Both the position numbers and the translations under genes were made by a program. A DNA stretch of 51,472 nucleotides from an uncultured Gemmatimonas sp. (GTDB lineage: Bacteria; Gemmatimonadota; Gemmatimonadetes; Gemmatimonadales; Gemmatimonadaceae). The notes beneath the pieces were generated by a model. That model saw only the letters and a program-made list of their open reading frames with translations, was not told the DNA's origin and did not search any database. The DNA is taken from assembly GCA_964565915.1 (NCBI GenBank), contig CAZMGX010000002.1, forward strand, positions 1 to 51,472. The letters are read 5' to 3'. Shown here in pieces: positions 27,211 through 36,085 of this stretch (its first letter is position 1; each line of letters starts with the position of its first letter).

Positions 27211-30087
27211 TCACGGCACGATCGTGAGCACGGTCGATGCCGTCGCGAGCGGCGGGCCAGCGACGTTCAGCTGCAGCAGATGTGCAGTCATGGTGATCGT
27301 CCGCGGAGCGGCAACCGGTCCGCGGGTCGAGAGCGGAAACACAATGGCCGTCTGGCCGGCAACAAGCTGCAACGCCTGCGGGCTGACGAGATTGCCATTG
27401 GTGAGCACGAAGTTCGCGCTGTCGCTCGCGGTGACGCGCACGGCGTAGCCGCTCCCTGGTGGCGCGGCGAACACCGGTCCGAAGTTCAAGGTGCCGGTAA
27501 CGTTCCCACCGGCCGCGACGCTTGACGGTGAGACGCCCAGCTGCATCGAGATCGGCAGCACCGTGAGGTTGGTCGTCGTCACGTTCGTTCCTCTGAACGT
27601 CAGCGTCACAGTCCGCGGCTGCTGGACCGCACGGGCCGTCAGGTTCACCACCTGGCTTTGGCCGCTGACGGTGACCGTTCTCGGCGCGGTGATGACCGTC
27701 GTGTCGCTGACGGTGATCTCCATCGGTATCGGCGTCACCGGCGGCTGCTCAAGCGTGATCGTGGCGGTTCCGGTCTGGAACGTCGTGAGGCTCGTCGACG
27801 ACGTGGTGACGGATTGAATGCGTGGCGGCCTGACGACGACCGTGTCGGAGACTGTGGTCCCGTTGAGCGCGGCAGTGATGATGACCGGTGTGTTGACCGC
27901 CACGCGCTGCGTTGCGACCTGCAAGAACCCAAACGCTGTCCCCGTCACGCCGACCGACGTGGACGGCACGGCAAGCACGCCGCTATTGGAGCTGAGAAAG
28001 TTGACGGTGACCGGATTCGAGACGGGCGCCGAAGCACTCAACGTGACGCGGATCTGGCTCACGTTTGCTCCACCGGTCACCGTGTCCTGCGTGATCGTGA
28101 GCCCGGTCAACGTGATCGGTGTGAGCGTGACGGCCGCGCCGGTGCCTTGAGAGCTCACGGCGGATCCTTCGCTGTGGCGAACGGTCAGCGTACCCGTGGT
28201 GATCGTCGACACTGGAAGCGTGGGGATGGTGAACGTCGTGGGATTGCCGGTGACGCGGATCCCGATGCGAGGCTGAATGGCCGCCTGCAGTGCCGCCGGC
28301 ACGACGAGGTCGATGGTGCCAGTGTCCGCCCCCGCGGGGATAGGTCCGTTGAACGCGACGGTGGCCTGCATGGCGACACCACCCACAACCGGTGACGGCG
28401 TAACGCTGACGCCGCCGACCGTGGGAAGTTGTGACCGTGGTGCCACCGTGAACGTGCCGCCAGAGGAGGTGCCGCCCGCATGCGTCACGGTGAGTGTGCC
28501 TGTCTGCAACGAGGAGATGCTCGCCGGCACCAGCACCGCAATTCGCGTCGTCGAACCGGTGGTGGAAAGCACGCTCTGCAGTGTGACGTTGCCGATTCGG
28601 ACAACCGGCTTGAAGCGCAGCGTCCCGTTGTGCACGGCGAACAGGTTGCTTCCGCGCAGGAAGTAGGTGACGCCAGGCCGCAGGGTGCTACTGGGCGGCA
28701 CGGGCACCTCGCCACTGGCGGTGGACATGTCGAGCCCCTGCACGACCGGCGGCGGCATGAACGCGACGTTCTGTACCGTCGTGGAACCGCCGCTGGTGCT
28801 CACGACCAGGTCGCCGAAGACGGGTTGCGTAAACGTGGGCGCCAACTCGAGGATCTCGTTGCTACTGCCGGGCAACCGCTGCCACCGTGTGACCGGCACG
28901 GCCTGATTCGCGAGGGAGACGGTACTGGACTGCCGGGTGACCCCCGCGGTGCCGGCGGGAAAGACATCGGCGGTCGACGCGAGCCCATTCCCCGTAATGC
29001 GCGTGCTGATCAGGCGAACACCCGAGGCAGTATCGAGGTCGTTCAGCGCCGGCGGTCGGCGCACATATAGCGGATGTGGCAGGGGCTGCAGATGTCTCAA
29101 CACCTGCTCCCCGGACGATGCTTCGGTGTAGCGCAGCATCACCGAGTCGGGCCGGAGGTTGGAGGGCGCACTGAACTGGAGTGCCGTTGCGGAGCCGCTC
29201 ACCGGCGCAGAAACCTGTGCGCCGGTGCCGGACTTGCCGATCACCTCGATCGAGTAGTTGGGCGGACGGAGATTGACTCCCCCCAGCGTCACGGTGGTAC
29301 CTGGCTGCACCACGAGTGCTGACATCGACGTCACGCGATTGTCGATACCCGCCTGAATCTGGACTCGGCCAGGACCCGTTGCCTCGCATAGGGGGCGACA
29401 GTTCGGTACCGTCGCCGACAAAAAGTCGTCCGCGTTGATCGTGAAGGTCACACCGAGCGTCGGAGTGAACGTCAGTGTCAGCGACGTCGGCGATCGGCCG
29501 GTGATCTGCGGATCCCCGATGATGTTGCCGCCAACTCGCGTAAAATCCGCACGCGAGAACTGCGCCTCATCGAGGTTGGTGCCGGTGATCCGCAAGACGA
29601 GTGGCGATCCAACAGGTGCCGTCAGGGAACCGTTCGACGTGCCGGCGGCCGGTGCGATGCTGCTCACGGTGGCGCGATTCACCAGTCGCAGCGGAACGAC
29701 GAAATTCACCGGCCCGAAGCTGTACCGCAGGTCGTAGTGCCCGGCGGTCGGCGCCGTCAGCGCGGTCACCGTGACCGCGTGCGTGAACCCTTCGACCTGC
29801 TGCGTCGTCGTGAAGCCAGTCGTCGTCGATCCGTTCGGAAGCGTGACGCGGAGATTGGTCGCGGTCGCGCTGGTTGGAAGGATCATCCCATACCTGAGCT
29901 TCATCGGAGCCGGTTCGCCGCGGAAGATCGTCACGCGCTCGCCAGCGTCGTACGTGGTGAGATACTCCACCGATTGCACGGACACTTGCGCGCGCGCAGC
30001 ATCGGCGAACGCCACCGTGGACCCAGCGGCCAACAGGCTGCGCGCGATGTTACGACGCGTGCGGAAGAAGAAGGCTCGTGTCGGCAT
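27211..30087 (-). CDS. Large secreted Thr/Val-rich Ig-like repeat protein (IPT/TIG-like plus beta-sandwich repeats), putative adhesin or surface protein
   Basis: Signal peptide ending ARA-Q; ITGTNL, LGGVNL, LRGSNL IPT-like motifs; C-terminal ~100-aa repeats (SPVVGG/TVTGG...TL...AP...VP...T.TA). Start 30087 (GAGG RBS) or 30129. Confidence 0.8.
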   Translation of the reverse strand: MPTRAFFFRTRRNIARSLLAAGSTVAFADAARAQVSVQSVEYLTTYDAGERVTIFRGEPAPMKLRYGMILPTSATATNLRVTLPNGSTTTGFTTTQQVEGFTHAVTVTALTAPTAGHYDLRYSFGPVNFVVPLRLVNRATVSSIAPAAGTSNGSLTAPVGSPLVLRITGTNLDEAQFSRADFTRVGGNIIGDPQITGRSPTSLTLTFTPTLGVTFTINADDFLSATVPNCRPLCEATGPGRVQIQAGIDNRVTSMSALVVQPGTTVTLGGVNLRPPNYSIEVIGKSGTGAQVSAPVSGSATALQFSAPSNLRPDSVMLRYTEASSGEQVLRHLQPLPHPLYVRRPPALNDLDTASGVRLISTRITGNGLASTADVFPAGTAGVTRQSSTVSLANQAVPVTRWQRLPGSSNEILELAPTFTQPVFGDLVVSTSGGSTTVQNVAFMPPPVVQGLDMSTASGEVPVPPSSTLRPGVTYFLRGSNLFAVHNGTLRFKPVVRIGNVTLQSVLSTTGSTTRIAVLVPASISSLQTGTLTVTHAGGTSSGGTFTVAPRSQLPTVGGVSVTPSPVVGGVAMQATVAFNGPIPAGADTGTIDLVVPAALQAAIQPRIGIRVTGNPTTFTIPTLPVSTITTGTLTVRHSEGSAVSSQGTGAAVTLTPITLTGLTITQDTVTGGANVSQIRVTLSASAPVSNPVTVNFLSSNSGVLAVPSTSVGVTGTAFGFLQVATQRVAVNTPVIITAALNGTTVSDTVVVRPPRIQSVTTSSTSLTTFQTGTATITLEQPPVTPIPMEITVSDTTVITAPRTVTVSGQSQVVNLTARAVQQPRTVTLTFRGTNVTTTNLTVLPISMQLGVSPSSVAAGGNVTGTLNFGPVFAAPPGSGYAVRVTASDSANFVLTNGNLVSPQALQLVAGQTAIVFPLSTRGPVAAPRTITMTAHLLQLNVAGPPLATASTVLTIVP

Positions 30088-30147
30088 GCGGCCCTCAGTC
30101 GAAAGCAGTACAGGTCGGCGTATGTTCATGGTGCGTCCGAGGGCCGG

Positions 30148-30642
30148 TTAACCGCCGATGGGTACGAGACGGATCTGGCGGACCACGACGTCGCTGAAGA
30201 AGAAGTCGGGCTGCACGCTCGCTCGGCCGCCCACCACGGCGATGGGTTGACCGGCACGCGGATTTCGGGCGCGCACCTGCAGGTGCAGCATCAGCGCCCT
30301 GACACCCGTGCGCATATCCGCGCTGCCGAACGACGAACTCGCCAGCACGATGGTTGGCCGGGACTCGTACGGCTTCCAGGCCGCGTCGCGGAAGTCCGCA
30401 AAACGACTCACGCGATACTCCGACGGCACCGGACCCGAGAGGGCGTGCACCAGCGCCACCGTGTAGGACGTGGCAGAGGTATTGGGGCCGACCAGAATCG
30501 CCGAATCCACCGGCGTGAACGACGTGATCCTCGGTGAGCCAACGTTCGCCGCTACCGCCGGGCTTTGAGCATTCAGAGCAGTCGCAAACGTGACGGCGGC
30601 GAAACAGATCGTCCGGATCATCCGAACGCGTGGATACGTCAT
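30148..30642 (-). CDS. Small secreted protein, paralogue of 18299-18751
   Basis: AGGAG RBS; signal peptide ending LNA-Q; PSEYRVSRFADFRDAAWKPY and LHLQVRA motifs. Confidence 0.82.
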   Translation of the reverse strand: MTYPRVRMIRTICFAAVTFATALNAQSPAVAANVGSPRITSFTPVDSAILVGPNTSATSYTVALVHALSGPVPSEYRVSRFADFRDAAWKPYESRPTIVLASSSFGSADMRTGVRALMLHLQVRARNPRAGQPIAVVGGRASVQPDFFFSDVVVRQIRLVPIGG

Positions 30643-30724
30643 GGCAGCGCTCCTGACGGGCGGCGGGCAGTTGGCGTCTGGCCGGACTCGCGTCCGATTG
30701 ACCTGACACGCTGGATGGAGAAAG

Positions 30725-30750
30725 GACGCGACGACCGCCGCGGATTCTCA
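30725..30750 (-). promoter_or_regulatory. Candidate ECF promoter TGAGAA-N15-GCGTC
   Basis: Located ~83 bp upstream of ATG 30642; matches the motif at 18177-18203. Confidence 0.45.
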
Positions 30751-30780
30751 CGGTTGCGTACCGAGCGCAGTGCGGGCCGC

Positions 30781-31362
30781 GCGCACGGCTTTCCCGTGCA
30801 GTTGGCCAGCAACGCCGCCGTCGCCTCCGTACCCTCCGTGGTGACGGTGTTCGGTAGCAACACGACCGCGAGTTTCACCATCACGACACAGCCGACCCCG
30901 ACCGATGTAGCCGCGGCAATCACGGCGTCACTCAACGGTGCGCAACAGAGCCGCACGTTGACGGTCGCTGGGCCGGTGACGGTTTCGACACTCAGCTTCT
31001 CGCCGACGTCGGCGGCCGAATGTCACGGTGCCGGGCGGTGCCACGGCAGCCACGTTCACCGCGAACACGCAGGTGGTCGGGGCCGCCCAGAATCAGACCG
31101 CGACCGTTGTCGCGTCCCTTGGCACCGGCACGCGCAGCGCGTCGCTCACGATCCAGCCGATCCAGATCGCGCAGTTCAACTTCGCGTCGAGCACAGTGAC
31201 GGGAGGTATCACCGTGAACGGTGTCATCACGCTGAATCGTGCCGCACCCAACGACGGGCTGACGTTGACACTCACGAGTGGCACTGCGGCGCTTACCGTG
31301 CCGCCTACCATACAGGTCGGCGGCGGGCAGCAATCGGCGCAGTTCACGGCCACGACGACGGC
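30781..31362 (+). pseudogene. Truncated, internally deleted and frameshifted remnant of an Ig-like repeat protein related to 27211-30087
   Basis: One frame reads VQLASNAAVASVPSVVTV...ITASLNG...LSFSPTS; a second frame from 31016 reads PNVTVPGG...SSTVTGG...ITLNRAAP...FTATT. No start or signal peptide; runs into the DoxX gene 3' end. Confidence 0.75.
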
Positions 31363-31748
31363 GGATCGCGGTGCTGCGCATTGCGCTGACGACGCCAGCG
31401 CAACAGACCCGTGGTCATCGCGATCAGACCAAGGATCGGGGGCACCACGGCCGGCTCGCCACGCTTCACATGCGTCGCCGTCGCACCACCCATCAAGACG
31501 GCGAGGCCGACCCCGGCAACCGGCGTGAGGACCGGCGCAATACCCGTCGCAGCCGGAACGATCAGACCCAGCGCCCCCGCCACTTCGGCGCTGCCGATCG
31601 CCTTGATCTGGCCATCCTCGAAGTCCTGCGACCAGGCCATCTGCGGGTTCGCCCGTAGCGTCGCCGGTGGCGTGGCCAGCTTGGTACCGCCGGCGCCGGC
31701 AAAGGCGAGGGCAATCAGGGCCTGCACGGTCCACAGTAACTTGTTCAT
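31344..31748 (-). CDS. DoxX-family membrane protein
   Basis: LWTVQALIALAFAGAGGTKL, IGSAEVAGALGLIVP, LMGGATATH motifs. Confidence 0.9.
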   Translation of the reverse strand: MNKLLWTVQALIALAFAGAGGTKLATPPATLRANPQMAWSQDFEDGQIKAIGSAEVAGALGLIVPAATGIAPVLTPVAGVGLAVLMGGATATHVKRGEPAVVPPILGLIAMTTGLLRWRRQRNAQHRDPPSSWP

Positions 31749-31781
31749 GAGTCTGGCCTCTCCGGTAATCGTTCAGGGAAA

Positions 31782-31808
31782 CTGATCGTCAGTGATCCTG
31801 ACGATCAG
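31782..31808. promoter_or_regulatory. Perfect 11-bp inverted repeat CTGATCGTCAG-N5-CTGACGATCAG, candidate MarR operator
   Basis: Lies between divergent doxX-like and marR-like genes. Confidence 0.7.
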
Positions 31809-31873
31809 CATGGCTTACAATTATCCGAACCCTCGTTCGTCGTCAAGCCCGCAGTCCGAAGCTCCGAGCCCCA

Positions 31874-32359
31874 ATGCCGCGAAAACGCCTCCCCACCGTC
31901 CCCGATCCCGATCAGCCGGCCCTTCCGCGCGCCGTCACGTCGAGTGTCGGATTCCTCGCCGGACAGGTCGCTGCGCTCTTTCGCGCGCGCTTCGAGGAGG
32001 ACATGCGCGCGCATCGGTTGCACCCGCGCCAGTTCCTGCTGATGCTCGTGCTGCGCGATGAAGGCACCATGTCGCAGCAGGCCGTCGGACAACGCCTCGG
32101 CATGGATCGCACCACGACCATGCAGGCCGCGTTGGCCCTCGCCGAGGCCGGGCTGGTGGATCGGGAAGACGACCCTGATGATCGACGTGTCTACCGCCTG
32201 GCGCTGACCGCCGAAGGCCGACGTCTCGTCGCCACGCTCGAAGGACGCATCAAACGCGTGGAGGCGGAGTTGCTTGCGCCGCTCGGCAGCAAAGAGCGCG
32301 ACGCCTTCGCGCGACAACTGGCCGCTATCCTTGCAGCGGCCGGCGAGCGCACTTGCTGA
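31874..32359 (+). CDS. MarR-family transcriptional regulator
   Basis: MSQQAVGQRLGMDRTT HTH; GLVDREDDPDDRRVYRLALTAEGR wing motif. Confidence 0.93.
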   Translation: MPRKRLPTVPDPDQPALPRAVTSSVGFLAGQVAALFRARFEEDMRAHRLHPRQFLLMLVLRDEGTMSQQAVGQRLGMDRTTTMQAALALAEAGLVDREDDPDDRRVYRLALTAEGRRLVATLEGRIKRVEAELLAPLGSKERDAFARQLAAILAAAGERTC

Positions 32360-32361
32360 GC

Positions 32362-32403
32362 CGATCTCACTGACGCGATCTCGCTGAGGCGATCTCGCTG
32401 ACG
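32362..32403. repeat. Three tandem 14-bp repeats CGATCTCRCTGASG
   Basis: cgatctcactgacg / cgatctcgctgagg / cgatctcgctgacg directly after the marR stop. Confidence 0.85.
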
Positions 32404-32538
32404 CCATCCCGCCCGTTCGCCCCCGGCATCGACCTCGCCGTCAGTGCGCGCACGCGGCTCACCACACACGCGGTGACCCGGCACGATCGGGTCGCTCAAT
32501 TCAGAGGTGCCCTACGTCCACCTCTGACTCCGGATCCC

Positions 32539-32988
32539 GTGCCTCGTCTCCTCGCAATACTTGTCGCAATGGCCGTCGGCGCCATCGATGCGTCGGCGCA
32601 GTCCGCGCCCACTTCTTTCGCTGGTCGCTGGCGATTCGAGATCACACCCACCGGCCCGATCCGCGCGCCCAGCACGAAGGGCACGCTGACGTTCGTCACG
32701 CGCAATGACTCGCTGGAAGTGAAGGTTGAATGGCTGCCCGGTCCTGAGGGGATCAGCTCGCCGAATCGGACGATGGTCGGGCTCGTGAAGGGTGACACCG
32801 CGACGTTCACGGACCGATCGGAAGGCACCGTCTCCGCGGAGTCACGGTCGGTCGGAATCCAAGCCATCATCACGTGGGTGCTCGCACCGCGCGAACAGGC
32901 GCTGACCGGCACCATCGCTTTCGAAGTGCCGGGGCTTTCGCTGCCCTTCGAACCCATCCCCGTGCGCGCGGTGCGCGAGGTTCCCTAG
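32539..32988 (+). CDS. Secreted hypothetical protein, beta-rich
   Basis: GTG 32539, signal peptide ending ASA-Q, then FAGRWRF; start uncertain. Confidence 0.7.
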   Translation: MPRLLAILVAMAVGAIDASAQSAPTSFAGRWRFEITPTGPIRAPSTKGTLTFVTRNDSLEVKVEWLPGPEGISSPNRTMVGLVKGDTATFTDRSEGTVSAESRSVGIQAIITWVLAPREQALTGTIAFEVPGLSLPFEPIPVRAVREVP

Positions 32989-34082
32989 TCCCTGCCGATC
33001 GTCAGGCCGCCGGTCGAGGGCGGCCGATGTTCCCGGGCCCATCGCACGAACGTCAGCGTCGCGGCGAGGAGCAGTCCATTGGCCCCCCACATCGCCACCA
33101 GCGGCGGGATCACCAGCCGATCCGCCAGTGTCTCGCCCGTCATCAGCATCACGTAGTACCCGCTGAACACCGTGACGCTCGCGCCAAGCACCATCCACGC
33201 GCCACCGTGCGGGAAGCGCCACGCGATGGCCATGCCGGCCAGCGCCAGCACCAGACAGGCCGCCGGCAACGCGAACTTCTTCTGCACTTCCACCTCGTAC
33301 GTCGCCACGCGGGTGAGTGCATCCGGATTGCCACTGGTCACGGCCGTCCGTGCCGCCTCTCGCAGTTCGCGGACGGTCATCGCTCGGTCACTCTTCACGG
33401 TCGCTACGGCTTCTCCGCGCATGATCGCAACCAGTCGATCGTTCGTGCGTGGAAGCACCTGTGTCGTCAGCCCCAACGCCAGCGTTGCAACGATCGCGAC
33501 GGCCGACAGCGCGGGTGTCACGAGTCGGCGCACACCATCGCGTGATCGACGGGCGCTGGCGAGTGTGCCATTGGCGCCCAGTCGCGTAAACTCGTGTAGC
33601 ACCGCGATGAACACGGCCATAGGAATCGTCATGGCGGCCATGAAGGGCACCGCGAGCAGCAGCAACTCGACGATCGCACCCGAACCTGCGCCCCTCGCGC
33701 CGAGTGCGGGAATCTGACGGCTCGCATACGACAGCTGCATCAGCGCCGTCAGTGCCACAAACGCGAGCTTGAATGAGACACCGAGTCGGCGCAACAGGTG
33801 TGCGGTCGATGGCGGTGGAACGAGCGGACCTTCCATGTGCGATTCCTCCGAATGGACACGCGTGCGATTGACGCGATACGACGGCCGCACCTGTTCGTAC
33901 GAACCGCGCGCCACCACATCCCACACCCCGGCTACTGCTGCCAGCACGCCGGGCAGCCGTCCTTGCGCCCGCGCTGCGGTCACGTCGCGCGCGAAGAGTG
34001 TCTCCATTTCCGCGCCATGTTTGCGCCGCAGATCACTCGGCAACAGGTAAAGGGCCATTCGATACACACGCGTCATGGTCAT
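32985..34082 (-). CDS. LptF/LptG-like permease with N-terminal PadR-partner-type extension
   Basis: LLAVPFMAAMTIPMAVFIAVL...RLGANG, YEVEVQKKFALPAACL, GETLADRLVIPPLVAMWGAN; N-terminal YRMALYLLPSDLRRKHGAEM. ATGA-coupled to PadR. Confidence 0.8.
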   Translation of the reverse strand: MTMTRVYRMALYLLPSDLRRKHGAEMETLFARDVTAARAQGRLPGVLAAVAGVWDVVARGSYEQVRPSYRVNRTRVHSEESHMEGPLVPPPSTAHLLRRLGVSFKLAFVALTALMQLSYASRQIPALGARGAGSGAIVELLLLAVPFMAAMTIPMAVFIAVLHEFTRLGANGTLASARRSRDGVRRLVTPALSAVAIVATLALGLTTQVLPRTNDRLVAIMRGEAVATVKSDRAMTVRELREAARTAVTSGNPDALTRVATYEVEVQKKFALPAACLVLALAGMAIAWRFPHGGAWMVLGASVTVFSGYYVMLMTGETLADRLVIPPLVAMWGANGLLLAATLTFVRWAREHRPPSTGGLTIGRD

Positions 34083-34399
34083 GCCCCACCCAGTGCGAGG
34101 CGCGATCGTGCGACGCGCGCCATGGACTCCAGGCGAGTGGCCTCACGTTCCAGGGCGACGCGACCCGTGCGTGTGATCCGGTAGTAACGCTCGCGGCCGG
34201 AGATGCCGTCGGGACGCTCGTCCTCGGCCACTTCTTCCAGCCACTGCTGCTCGACCAACTCCTCGAGCGATCCGTACAACGTGGCCGGCCACAGGCGCAC
34301 CCCGCCGTCGCTCAGCGTCCGCACGTCGTCTTGGATCGCCGTACCGTATCGGGGCGTGGTGGACACTGAAAGCAGGATGAAGAACCAGTGTGGCTTCAT
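34079..34399 (-). CDS. PadR-family transcriptional regulator
   Basis: ILLSV...YGTAI...PATLYGSLEEL...RYYRITRTGR. Confidence 0.92.
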   Translation of the reverse strand: MKPHWFFILLSVSTTPRYGTAIQDDVRTLSDGGVRLWPATLYGSLEELVEQQWLEEVAEDERPDGISGRERYYRITRTGRVALEREATRLESMARVARSRLALGGA

Positions 34400-34435
34400 G
34401 GGAGTACTTACGTCGAGGTCGTCAGGAGCTCGGTG

Positions 34436-34474
34436 CTATTGAAGCATAGTATTAAATAATAGTTTGCACCGCAA
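34436..34474 (-). promoter_or_regulatory. padR promoter (TTGCGG-N17-TACTAT) with overlapping TAT-N6-ATAG repeats
   Basis: AT-rich island; ctattgaagcatag (34436-34449) and tattaaataatag (34450-34462) overlap the -10 and spacer, as expected for autorepression sites. Confidence 0.5.
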
Positions 34475-34520
34475 GGTCGTGGTCAATTGGGTCGGGTGTT
34501 GCAAGACAGATCCTCGAAAG

Positions 34521-34551
34521 ATTGACAATAATTACTGTCAATGAGTAGACT
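34521..34551 (+). promoter_or_regulatory. Sigma70 promoter TTGACA-N18-TAGACT overlapped by 22-bp palindrome ATTGACAATAATTACTGTCAAT
   Basis: Palindrome 34521-34542 has one mismatched pair; the -10 ends 7 nt before ATG 34559 with no RBS, suggesting a leaderless mRNA. Confidence 0.7.
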
Positions 34552-34558
34552 CCCCCAT

Positions 34559-35200
34559 ATGCTCGACCTCGAAGTCCTCGACAACCCCGCCTCGGCCACC
34601 CTCGCCCTTGACCCCATCAAGGCGCGCATTCTGGCGGCTCTGCGCGATCCCGGATCGGCGGCCTCGCTGGCCGATCGCGTCGGCCTCACCCGCCAGAAGG
34701 TCAACTACCACCTGCGCGCGCTCGAAGCACACGGCTTGGTGCGCCCGGTCGAAGAACGCGCGTGGGGCGGGATCACGGAACGTGTTCTGGTCGCCACCGC
34801 GTCCTCCTATGTCGTGTCACCAGCGGCGCTGGGGCCGATCGCCAACGACCCGGCAGAGACGCGCGACCGACTGTCGGCCAGCTACCTCATCGCCGTCGCC
34901 GCACGCACGGTCCGCGAAGTCGCCGCCCTTTGGCGACGCGCGCGTGAACGCGACCAGCGACTCGCCACGCTGTCGATCGATACCGTCATTCGATTTCGCT
35001 CGGCCGCTGATCGTGCGGCGTTTGCGCACGAACTCTCGAATGCCGTGGCTTCACTGGCTGCGCGGTATCATGACGAAGCGAGTGAAGGGGGGCGCAATCA
35101 TCGGCTCGTCGTGGCCGCGTACCCGACATCGGCGAATACGCGGCCGGAGCACAACTCACCGCAAGCGTCATCGGCTCAACCGCCATCGGCACTACACTGA
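34559..35200 (+). CDS. ArsR-like winged-helix transcriptional regulator
   Basis: ALDPIKARILAALRDPGSAASLADRVGLTRQKVNYHLRALE. Confidence 0.88.
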   Translation: MLDLEVLDNPASATLALDPIKARILAALRDPGSAASLADRVGLTRQKVNYHLRALEAHGLVRPVEERAWGGITERVLVATASSYVVSPAALGPIANDPAETRDRLSASYLIAVAARTVREVAALWRRARERDQRLATLSIDTVIRFRSAADRAAFAHELSNAVASLAARYHDEASEGGRNHRLVVAAYPTSANTRPEHNSPQASSAQPPSALH

Positions 35201-35210
35201 CGGACACACC

Positions 35211-36068
35211 ATGCCCATCAAGAAAGACGGGAGCGGCAAGCGCTGGGTGGAGATGGACCTGGTGCTGCCCGGCACGCCCGAGCAGGTCTGGGATGCAATG
35301 GCGACGGGTCCCGGGATGGCGGCCTGGTTCACACGCGGTGAGGTCGAGCCCCGTGTCGGGGGTGCGTTCACCCTGGACTTCGGAAACGGTGTGACGACGT
35401 CGGGGCATGTGACGGCATGGCAACCGCCTGAAGTCTTCGGCTATGTCGAAACCGCATGGGAACCCGGTGCACCACCTATCGCGACCGAGATCACGATCAC
35501 GGCGCGCGACGGGGGTCGGTGTTTCGTGCGTATGGTGCACTCCCTCTTCACGGCATCTGATGCCTGGGACGATCAAGTTGAAGGTTTCGAGAAGGGATGG
35601 CCGGCGTTTTTCGAGGTCCTCCGCGCCTATCTCGCACACTTTGCCGGTCAACCATCGTCCTCATTCATGGTGGTGTCACCGGCCGGCGAAAACGCGCTTG
35701 CGGCGTGGCAGCAGCTCGCGCAGCAGTTCGGCGTGGCCGGGATGGACGTGGGTGAACGAAGCACGTCGGTGTCGGACGTCGAGCGATGGACGGGTATGGT
35801 GGAGCATGTCCATCAGGACGCCGAGCAACGGTGGGTGATCGTGCGTCTCGATTCGCCATCGCCGGGACTCGCGCTGCTGGGCACCAAGGATACGACGGGA
35901 TCGCAGGGTGACGTGGAGAAACGCGTCGGCAAGGGTCCCGCGTCAAACGTGAGTGTGTGTCGCTTTTACTATGGTGACAACGCCGCCGAATCGAGTGCGG
36001 CGAGTGAGGCGCGGTGGCGGCGTTGGGTGGCGGAGTCGTATACTCCGCCGGGCCGCGAGCAACCGTAA
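35211..36068 (+). CDS. SRPBCC/AHSA1-like domain protein
   Basis: GTPEQVWDAMATGPGMAAWF...GHVTAWQPP...GWPAFFEVL; ATG 35211 just after the regulator stop. Confidence 0.85.
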   Translation: MPIKKDGSGKRWVEMDLVLPGTPEQVWDAMATGPGMAAWFTRGEVEPRVGGAFTLDFGNGVTTSGHVTAWQPPEVFGYVETAWEPGAPPIATEITITARDGGRCFVRMVHSLFTASDAWDDQVEGFEKGWPAFFEVLRAYLAHFAGQPSSSFMVVSPAGENALAAWQQLAQQFGVAGMDVGERSTSVSDVERWTGMVEHVHQDAEQRWVIVRLDSPSPGLALLGTKDTTGSQGDVEKRVGKGPASNVSVCRFYYGDNAAESSAASEARWRRWVAESYTPPGREQP

Positions 36069-36085
36069 CCGCTCAGTTCACTGCG

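Noticed and set aside
32362..32403. Mini CRISPR array
   Set aside because: 14-bp units are contiguous with no spacers.
34608..35210. N-terminal extension of the SRPBCC ORF
   Set aside because: Overlaps the ArsR gene in another frame; Arg-rich and non-protein-like.
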